IMG/VR virus record: IMGVR_UViG_3300043296_000058
Coordinates: 1-33,773 of that record
DNA: 33,773 nucleotides
Reading direction: 5' to 3' (one strand)
DNA from: a virus
Lineage: Duplodnaviria; Caudoviricetes
This document shows positions 15,065 to 21,852 of this stretch, piece by piece (position 1 is the stretch's first letter; each line of letters starts with the position of its first letter). The notes under the pieces were generated by a model. It saw nothing but the letters and a program-made list of their open reading frames with translations. It ran no database searches and was not told the origin of the DNA. The translations under genes and the position numbers were made by a program.

Positions 15065-15651
15065 TGATTGATTCAGACAAGGCAAACTTTGAAGCGCTAC
15101 TACGCGGAATAGCTGATGTATTTAGCACCACTAAAACAATAGTTGTTAATCGTCCTATGCTGCAGGTTTATTTTATGTCACTTACTCAATACAGTTACGA
15201 TCAAGTTGAATGGGCTATCGGTGAACATTTAAAAGATCCCGTTGATGGAAAGTTTTTCCCTAAGCCAGCAAATATTATTAAACACCTACAGCAAACAGAA
15301 GTTAGCACTGAAGATAAGGCTATGTTGGCATGGGGTCAGATAATGCAGGAGTTACGAAAGCATGGTGCTTATGGCTCACTTAAGCTAGACGACAAACAAG
15401 CTATTGCGGCACTTGCTGCGGTTCATACTTGGAAAGACTTTTGTGCAATGCCTGAAAGCAACCTAACGTGGGCTAAAAAAGAATTCCTAGCTAACTATCG
15501 CACGTATGAAAATACACCCGCTGAATTACTTCCTAGCTCGTTACCTGGATTAGAGGAATTGCACGAACATAAACAGCAAGAAAAATGTAGTGATGCCGCT
15601 AGTATTTTAGAGAGCTTAAATAAAATGCGTTTGATTAATAAACAAAGTTAA
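15064..15651 (+). CDS. Replication-associated protein, DUF6475-like with helicase-loader-inhibitor-like N-terminus
   Basis: YF..L..YS.DQV..AI..HL.DP..GKFFPKPANII...A..AW...G.Y.S...DD; follows the replisome organiser. Confidence 0.7.
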   Translation: MIDSDKANFEALLRGIADVFSTTKTIVVNRPMLQVYFMSLTQYSYDQVEWAIGEHLKDPVDGKFFPKPANIIKHLQQTEVSTEDKAMLAWGQIMQELRKHGAYGSLKLDDKQAIAALAAVHTWKDFCAMPESNLTWAKKEFLANYRTYENTPAELLPSSLPGLEELHEHKQQEKCSDAASILESLNKMRLINKQS

Positions 15652-15696
15652 CCAATATCAGTATGGCACTTTAAACACAAGCAATAAGGAAGAGTA

Positions 15697-16077
15697 ATGA
15701 AGCTACCAAAATTATACAGAGTTTGCTGGGTTAAGTTGTACTGGTTAACTGATACCTGTGAAGGTGGGGAGCATGTGCAACGTGATGGTTATTATCATTT
15801 AAGAGCAAGGCGCGCATTAAAGCCTGATAAATCTTGGTTTTGGCAGATAGACAAATGGGATGCCGAACAGTGCAAATGGGAACTATCAATGGTTGAAGAT
15901 TTGGATCCAGAAGATATGTTTGAAGATGTAGTTTATAAAAACCCTTACCCGTGGAGTGAAAATGATTATTTAGGCTTTACGTATAACAGGGGAACTTTAA
16001 ATACATACAAACCACCAGAAAAGCTATTTAAAGCTGTTAATTATGGTGATGCTGATTTAGATGATTGTCCATTTTAA
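15697..16077 (+). CDS. Trp-rich hypothetical protein with SSB-like acidic tail
   Basis: 126 aa ending in DADLDDCPF; TAAGGA RBS. Confidence 0.75.
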   Translation: MKLPKLYRVCWVKLYWLTDTCEGGEHVQRDGYYHLRARRALKPDKSWFWQIDKWDAEQCKWELSMVEDLDPEDMFEDVVYKNPYPWSENDYLGFTYNRGTLNTYKPPEKLFKAVNYGDADLDDCPF

Positions 16078-16104
16078 TTAATTTGGCAATAAGGAGATAG
16101 AGAG

Positions 16105-16185
16105 ATGGAATTACTATTAATATTTATAGCAGTATTTTTTATTCAATTAGCGGCAATTCTGTTGCTGTATGGTATTAACGATTAA
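16105..16185 (+). CDS. 26-aa hydrophobic micropeptide (not in ORF track)
   Basis: MELLLIFIAVFFIQLAAILLLYGIND; TAAGGAG RBS. Confidence 0.6.
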   Translation: MELLLIFIAVFFIQLAAILLLYGIND

Positions 16186-16196
16186 GGGGAAATGAA

Positions 16197-16421
16197 ATGT
16201 GTCACTACTACGAAAATGAAAACGATTTAGGCACCAAGGAATTTGAGCGCTTAGAAGTTAAGCACGAAATCAAAGACGTTGATATGTCCGATTATACTAA
16301 ACAACGCTGGTTTGATGAAATGCTTGATTACCTAGTTAATGTTATGAGTATGAATAAAGAACAGGTTAAAGCTGAATTTGATAAGCGGTTCCCTGAACTT
16401 TTAGAGCGAGACTCATTATGA
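16197..16421 (+). CDS. Acidic hypothetical protein
   Basis: 74 aa, AAGGGG RBS. Confidence 0.7.
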   Translation: MCHYYENENDLGTKEFERLEVKHEIKDVDMSDYTKQRWFDEMLDYLVNVMSMNKEQVKAEFDKRFPELLERDSL

Positions 16422-16615
16422 GGCAATTTAAAAAAGACGATCAGGTTTGGACATCGCTGGGTATTCATGGGCACATATTCCAACCAGTGTTTAGCCCTGA
16501 ATCACATAAGCTTATCGCGTACGTAGTATCACTCGATCAACCTAATGAGCTTAACATGGATGAAACACATCAATCCTACAGGCAATTAATTAACGCTGAA
16601 ATAAAATACGGGTGA
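16418..16615 (+). CDS. Hypothetical protein
   Basis: 65 aa, ATGA coupling. Confidence 0.7.
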   Translation: MRQFKKDDQVWTSLGIHGHIFQPVFSPESHKLIAYVVSLDQPNELNMDETHQSYRQLINAEIKYG

Positions 16616-16618
16616 TTT

Positions 16619-16786
16619 ATGAATTACGCGCAAACGATTAAGTTTTACAAAAAGCGAGCAATCAAAGCTGAGTGTGATAGTGCTTGGTTGCGTCAAGAAC
16701 TTAATCATGAAGAAGAATGCCACTTTGATGAGATTGCATCTATTAAAGCTAATATCGACCATGAAGAGCGGAGAGGCTATCACTAA
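16619..16786 (+). CDS. 55-aa hypothetical protein (not in ORF track)
   Basis: MNYAQTIKFYKKRAIKAECDSAWLRQELNHEEECHFDEIASIKANIDHEERRGYH; GGGTG RBS. Confidence 0.65.
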   Translation: MNYAQTIKFYKKRAIKAECDSAWLRQELNHEEECHFDEIASIKANIDHEERRGYH

Positions 16787-16878
16787 TGAGCGACGACGAT
16801 ATAGCCAAAGCTAGGCGCACAGAGTTTAACTGGTATTGTGTTTGGGCGGTTGTGATAACTATTGTGAGTTGTTTATGA
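16786..16878 (+). CDS. 30-aa membrane micropeptide (not in ORF track)
   Basis: MSDDDIAKARRTEFNWYCVWAVVITIVSCL; TAATG and ATGA couplings, GAGG RBS. Confidence 0.55.
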   Translation: MSDDDIAKARRTEFNWYCVWAVVITIVSCL

Positions 16879-17318
16879 AAATAAATCTGATAAAAACGGC
16901 TAACGGTAAATTCTGGCCTGTGGATGAAGAAGCTGAACTTAAAATAGCCAAGCTTAAAAAAGGTGATGTTTATGCTGCTGATATTAAAGTTAACCATAAT
17001 TACGAATTACACAAAAAGATTTTCGGCTTCTTTAAATTCTGCACAAATTATTATTACGGCGATATGGAAGCAAGCAAGTGTGAATATCAGTTTGGGCGCG
17101 TGAGACGCAAATTAACGATAGCAGCGGGGTATCGTAAGCAAGTGTTCGGGCGTGATGGTGTTAGCTTCGAAATAGTACCGTTAAGCTTGAAATACGAGTC
17201 AATGCCAGATGATGAAAGGCAAGTATTTTACAAACGAATGACTCAAGCCGCATTAGATAATATATTTAATGATGGTGCAGATGATAATGTGATCAATCAG
17301 TTGTTGAGTTGGTTTTAA
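16875..17318 (+). CDS. DUF1367 family protein (nin region)
   Basis: MKINLIKT...P.DEE....I.KLK.G.V...DIK...NY..HKK.F.F...LTI.AGY...P.SL.Y..M....R..FY. Confidence 0.8.
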   Translation: MKINLIKTANGKFWPVDEEAELKIAKLKKGDVYAADIKVNHNYELHKKIFGFFKFCTNYYYGDMEASKCEYQFGRVRRKLTIAAGYRKQVFGRDGVSFEIVPLSLKYESMPDDERQVFYKRMTQAALDNIFNDGADDNVINQLLSWF

Positions 17319-17346
17319 TTTTCTCTAACCTAATGCAATAAAAAGC

Positions 17347-17375
17347 TTGCGTGCAACAAATATATAGCTTATAGT
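17347..17375 (+). promoter_or_regulatory. Sigma70-like promoter
   Basis: TTGCGT-17-TATAGT in an intergenic gap. Confidence 0.55.
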
Positions 17376-17407
17376 TACTACATCAACAACGCAACGAGAT
17401 TAACGAA

Positions 17408-17533
17408 ATGACTACATACAACCAAGAAGCACTTACCGCCCTTTACAAATCTTTAGAGTTTATGGAATGTAACGACTTACCATGTAACGAAATCAAAGTA
17501 GCAATCAACGAAATAGAAAGTAATCGCAAATGA
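17408..17533 (+). CDS. 41-aa hypothetical protein (not in ORF track)
   Basis: MTTYNQEALTALYKSLEFMECNDLPCNEIKVAINEIESNRK. Confidence 0.6.
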   Translation: MTTYNQEALTALYKSLEFMECNDLPCNEIKVAINEIESNRK

Positions 17534-17703
17534 TTAAAAGGATAAAAGCAGAGTTTACAAGGACTCTGCACCTTCCTCGCTTTACCATGAATAAGGGCGA
17601 TGTTTGGGAAGTTCGAGTTGATAGGTTAGAAAAGAACGGCTTTAAATTGGCAGGCGGCTTTGTTTCAAACGATGAATATAAGGTAATAAATGAAACTAAT
17701 TGA
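17530..17703 (+). CDS. 57-aa hypothetical protein (not in ORF track)
   Basis: MIKRIKAEFTRTLHLPRFTMNKGDVWEVRVDRLEKNGFKLAGGFVSNDEYKVINETN; ATGA coupling. Confidence 0.6.
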   Translation: MIKRIKAEFTRTLHLPRFTMNKGDVWEVRVDRLEKNGFKLAGGFVSNDEYKVINETN

Positions 17704-17893
17704 TTACATAAATAAACACTATAGCAGTGTAACAGCGTTCGCAGAGGCTAACGGTATGAAGCGACAACAAGCGGCTGAATGCGTTAACAAGGGTTATTAT
17801 CACGCCATTGAAATTGATGGTGTGCTGATGCTAGTAATTGCTAAGCGAGAATTAGCTTTACCTCCATCACGTAAGAAGCCTAGCAAGCACTAG
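17690..17893 (+). CDS. Cro-like HTH protein
   Basis: LIDYINKHYSSVTAFAEANGMKRQQAAECVNKG. Confidence 0.65.
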   Translation: MKLIDYINKHYSSVTAFAEANGMKRQQAAECVNKGYYHAIEIDGVLMLVIAKRELALPPSRKKPSKH

Positions 17894-17985
17894 ACTTAAA
17901 AAGAACGAATACAACGAGGGTTTATAGTCATACTTAGCGGTATTTTGTCTATAAACTCACAAAGCAAACCTTGACGGGATTTATT

Positions 17986-18165
17986 ATGAAAGAATGGGAA
18001 CGGATAGTTAAAGAAAGTCGGAACAACTTATGGTTAGTGGTTACTGAATTCGGTTCTTTTATTTGTAAAAAATTTAGAGGTCGATTTTTCGTTAAAGATT
18101 GTGTCAATGAATTACCAGTAAAAGGCGCGGTTTTATCTAGCGTTAAGCTTTGCAATTTCTTATAG
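17986..18165 (+). CDS. Hypothetical protein
   Basis: ATG 17986 with GGGA RBS; overlaps the start of the DpdA-like gene. Confidence 0.6.
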   Translation: MKEWERIVKESRNNLWLVVTEFGSFICKKFRGRFFVKDCVNELPVKGAVLSSVKLCNFL

Positions 18166-18767
18166 ATGGAAGTTCTAATCGAATAAGAGAGCGTAGGCTA
18201 CAGGCCAATGAACTTGTTGCTGGGCAACTGTTAACGCCTTTAACTGGCTACAGAAAATGTGAAGATGTTTTTGGTGTTGATAACGGAGGATTTAAAGAAG
18301 CTAGACCAAAAGGTTTTTCAAAGATTCTTCAAAGGCAATTCGAGTTCAGAGAGCAATGTTTGTTTGCAGCTGTACCAGATAAGGTAGGAAACCATAAGCA
18401 AACCTTAGCTATGTGGGATGAATACCAGCATCTAGCGGATGGGTATAAAAAAGCGTTTGTTGTTCAAGATGGTTTTGATGAATGGCCTAATAATGCCGAT
18501 GCTATATTCCTTGGCGGCAGTACAGAATTCAAGGATAGTATTGAGGCGGATAACATAGTAAATGCCGCATTAAATAATAATATGCACGTTCACATAGGGC
18601 GAGTAAATACTATCGAAAGGTTTTATCACTTTCATAAGTTAGGCGCTCACACTTGCGATGGTAGCGGCGTAAGTATGTATGACCACATGCTAGAAAAACT
18701 ATATAGATTGTTCAAGATTTACGAAAGTGGCTCGACAATCAAAATGAAACAAATAAATTTATTTTAA
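18150..18767 (+). CDS. TGT-fold, DpdA-like (7-deazaguanine DNA transglycosylase-like) protein
   Basis: Motifs in TGT order: VDNGGF (cf. DSGGF), VPDKVG, AFVVQDG, AIFLGG, VHIGRVN, TCDGSG. TTG start, with an in-frame TAA two codons upstream. Confidence 0.7.
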   Translation: MQFLIDGSSNRIRERRLQANELVAGQLLTPLTGYRKCEDVFGVDNGGFKEARPKGFSKILQRQFEFREQCLFAAVPDKVGNHKQTLAMWDEYQHLADGYKKAFVVQDGFDEWPNNADAIFLGGSTEFKDSIEADNIVNAALNNNMHVHIGRVNTIERFYHFHKLGAHTCDGSGVSMYDHMLEKLYRLFKIYESGSTIKMKQINLF

Positions 18768-18804
18768 AGTAGACTAAACGGGTAATTAATTAAATAGGTG
18801 ATGT

Positions 18805-19413
18805 ATGCCAAAGTGTAGATATTGCAAATCAAAAACAGATAAACCGATACGAAGAGGTATTTATAACTTCTGTTCGATTGCGCACGCTACAGAATTCACA
18901 CTTGAGCTACTCAGCAAGCAACGCGCAAGGCAAAAACAGAAAGCTAAGCAAGTGGCAGTCAAGAAGGTTAAAGCCTTTAATCGTGAGACTAAGCGCCGCA
19001 AAGAAGCTATTAAAAAAAGAACTGGTAAAGGTGGTTTTTATGAAAATTTAAAAACAGCGCTTCACCGATATATTAAGCACGTATTGAGAAAAGGCGAAGA
19101 TTGTTATACTTGTGGCAAAAAACAACGTTATGAAGACTCAGGCCAAGCTTTTCATGTTGGTCATTTTATACCGCAAAAATCAGTTGATCCCCGACGGTTT
19201 ATGTTAGCGAATTTAAGGATGCAATGCTACAAATGCAATACTCATAATTCAGGTATGCGAGCCGAATACAGACAGAGATTAATTAAAGATGAAGGTCTTG
19301 ATCACGTTGAATGGCTAGAGTGCGATACTAATCACAAAGAGCTAAAAGAACAATACCCCGAAATTTCAGATATAAAAGCTGAAACCGCAAGGTATAGGAA
19401 ATTAACTAATTAA
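18805..19413 (+). CDS. ninG: NinG/Rap family recombination endonuclease
   Basis: KCRYCK...FCS..HA; CYTCG...HVGHF...RF...N...QCYKCNTHNSG...YR..LI...G...VEWLE. Confidence 0.9.
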   Translation: MPKCRYCKSKTDKPIRRGIYNFCSIAHATEFTLELLSKQRARQKQKAKQVAVKKVKAFNRETKRRKEAIKKRTGKGGFYENLKTALHRYIKHVLRKGEDCYTCGKKQRYEDSGQAFHVGHFIPQKSVDPRRFMLANLRMQCYKCNTHNSGMRAEYRQRLIKDEGLDHVEWLECDTNHKELKEQYPEISDIKAETARYRKLTN

Positions 19414-19436
19414 CATAACCAGCACAGAGAGATAAA

Positions 19437-19650
19437 ATGAAGTACATATTAATAGCGATATTACTAGTCGGTTGCGGCGGAGAGTCAAAGCCAGAAGTTA
19501 ATTGAAAAAGGTGGTGTGATTTACTTGGCGGGGCATGTGATAAATAACGAGTATTCGACAAGGTTTTTCACCCCTGCCGAATACTTGATAAGTCTTATTG
19601 ATTACGCTCAATCAAAAGAAATAGAGTTTTGTAATTTCTCAGACTGTTAA
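19437..19650 (+). pseudogene. Broken lipoprotein gene: lipobox signal plus out-of-frame C-terminus resembling a polysaccharide deacetylase
   Basis: 19437-19505 encodes MKYILIAILLVGCGGESKPEVN*. The +1 frame at 19501-19650 encodes IEKGGVIYLAGHVINNEYSTRFFTPAEYLISLIDYAQSKEIEFCNFSDC*. Confidence 0.55.
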
Positions 19651-21852
19651 TGACATTATAGGCCCGATAGCATTGAATTTAATATATGCTGTCGAGTCTA
19701 TGTCAGTAGTCAATAAAACCTCTAAAGATCTAAAATTACCGCCTGTTTCGTTTCGTTGAGCCGTAACAACTGGATTCAATGTACTTACCCCTAATCCTGC
19801 CGCGTTACTTGTTCTTGATGTATTTACTAGCTCAGTATAAAGCGGTTGAATATTAGCATTTGGATCGTTAGACCATCCAGCCAGTATAAAGCCATGTAAT
19901 GCGGCAATATCAAGAATTATGGCGCTAGTTGATTGAATGCTACATGTCATTTCAACAGTTGCCACCTCACCCTTGACCATTGAGTCAAATACTAGCTTTG
20001 GAACACCAGCAAGCAAGCTTGATTTTCTTTGGTACGTTTTTTCGTAACCTAAGTCACTAACTATTACCGAATCAAGAGGCTCACCGTTCAAATAGTTTTC
20101 CTCAAATCGTACCGAAGAAAACCCGCCTGTAACGGTTATGTTATCACCGACAACAGATGTAGCCCTAACGTCTAACTCTGTGACTTCTCTGCGCCCAAGG
20201 TTAGTGCCTTCACCTTCAAATACAACTAAGTTATGAAGGTTGACGCCTGTTATAGAGTGGTTGTTTATTTTAACGTCCGAAGTGTCGCCCGTTGTAAACT
20301 GAGAAACGATAGGTTTAAAATCAACTCCGCGTAATTGGCTAAATGATGACAACACCTGGAATGATTCGCCAGTAGCTAGACCGTTAACGAAACTTAATCC
20401 GACGACATTTTCTGCGGCTATATTGGTAACACCGAAATCTTTAGTTAAATTGAATACCTGATTGTTACCTTCAATTATTGTTGGTACTCCACCACTCGTA
20501 GCAATAGCACCACTAACACCTAATTGAATTCCAGTGTAAGCAAGTTCGACATTGACTGTCTGGTCATCACAAAAAACAATGTTATTAGTGACAGTTAACG
20601 AGCGCGCAGCATTACCGCGAGTTACCGCGTATATACCCGCTATAACGTCCTTATAACAGATGTTGTCAGTGACTAATGCTGTTTGATGTGAGTGTAAATC
20701 CAAACCTCTACGGGCGTTTTTGTATGTTCTGTTATTGGTTACAGTTACATTTTTAACAGAAGTCGCAGACAAACAAGCAAAACCGTAACCAGTGCCATTA
20801 TCACCTATCAATCCATTTTCTCTAAATAAGTTTTTAGTAATTAATGCCATGTCCGAGTGACCCAAGAAGCCACCAGCCAAGCGGTTATGAACAAAGCGAT
20901 TATTTTCAATTCTAGGATTTAGACAGTCTGCACCTTCAAAGCCTACTGACACAGCGCTATGATTAAAATCATGACCGTAAATGTTATCAACAACAACATC
21001 ATCAGAGTTGATAATATAAATACCACAAACACCACCCACCAATCCTGTGTCATAAGTTCCTGTATAAGCAACTTCAAAATCTTTAGCTGAAAATTTGTCT
21101 TTACCATCTACTAAAAACAATGAATTTGTTATTTTATCAGCATCACCAACTTGCTCATAGGTTGCTGTAATCTTAGCTTTACCAGTTGAAATCATACCAA
21201 TACAAGTGGAGGCAGTGTGCGGGGTCGATGTTTCTATCTGTGAGTTGCCCCAATCAATAATCTTATTGTAGGTTGCACTTTCAGCAATACAAGCATCTAT
21301 AACCAGTGTGTTATCAATGTTATCAATAGCGCCCATTTTGCGCGCTTTAATGTATGATTTATGGATTAGTTTAGCGTAAAAGCCAACCGTTAAAGCAGGG
21401 GAGCCAACTGATTCAGGGCTTGCGCCAGCAGTAACAACGTATTTAGAGCCGCCAGCGTTTGAGGTCGTATTGTGTACGGCTGTTTTTAAAACCTTGCCAA
21501 CCGGAAATACGATCACGCTCGATGTCATTGCTGCGACCGTTGGGAATTCATAAGCTTGTGATAGGTCGTTTATTAAATCGGTAGCAACTTCAGTAACTGG
21601 ATCAGCCTCCCATTCTTGAACGTCATTTTTATCCTTTAAAATAACTTTGTATGATCCGGTGATGAATATATCAGGGAATACACCGACAGCATTAGCAATA
21701 ACAGGGTTAGTGTTAGGAGTTGTCGCGGCTAAATCGCTAAAAGTATCTTTCTCTGTGCTTGTACCTGTAGCGAAAAAGAAAAGCTGCGCACCTGAACTTG
21801 GCTTTAATCCGCTACCAACATCAGCGAATGGTAATATAAATCTACTGGACAT
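19639..21852 (-). CDS. Tailspike with right-handed parallel beta-helix (putative depolymerase)
   Basis: N-terminal particle-binding domain (GAQLFFFATGTST..TFSD...NTNPVIANA.G.FP.IF), GA....DNT motif, repeated I.NN.F / V.NN rungs. Confidence 0.9.
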   Translation of the reverse strand: MSSRFILPFADVGSGLKPSSGAQLFFFATGTSTEKDTFSDLAATTPNTNPVIANAVGVFPDIFITGSYKVILKDKNDVQEWEADPVTEVATDLINDLSQAYEFPTVAAMTSSVIVFPVGKVLKTAVHNTTSNAGGSKYVVTAGASPESVGSPALTVGFYAKLIHKSYIKARKMGAIDNIDNTLVIDACIAESATYNKIIDWGNSQIETSTPHTASTCIGMISTGKAKITATYEQVGDADKITNSLFLVDGKDKFSAKDFEVAYTGTYDTGLVGGVCGIYIINSDDVVVDNIYGHDFNHSAVSVGFEGADCLNPRIENNRFVHNRLAGGFLGHSDMALITKNLFRENGLIGDNGTGYGFACLSATSVKNVTVTNNRTYKNARRGLDLHSHQTALVTDNICYKDVIAGIYAVTRGNAARSLTVTNNIVFCDDQTVNVELAYTGIQLGVSGAIATSGGVPTIIEGNNQVFNLTKDFGVTNIAAENVVGLSFVNGLATGESFQVLSSFSQLRGVDFKPIVSQFTTGDTSDVKINNHSITGVNLHNLVVFEGEGTNLGRREVTELDVRATSVVGDNITVTGGFSSVRFEENYLNGEPLDSVIVSDLGYEKTYQRKSSLLAGVPKLVFDSMVKGEVATVEMTCSIQSTSAIILDIAALHGFILAGWSNDPNANIQPLYTELVNTSRTSNAAGLGVSTLNPVVTAQRNETGGNFRSLEVLLTTDIDSTAYIKFNAIGPIMSLTV

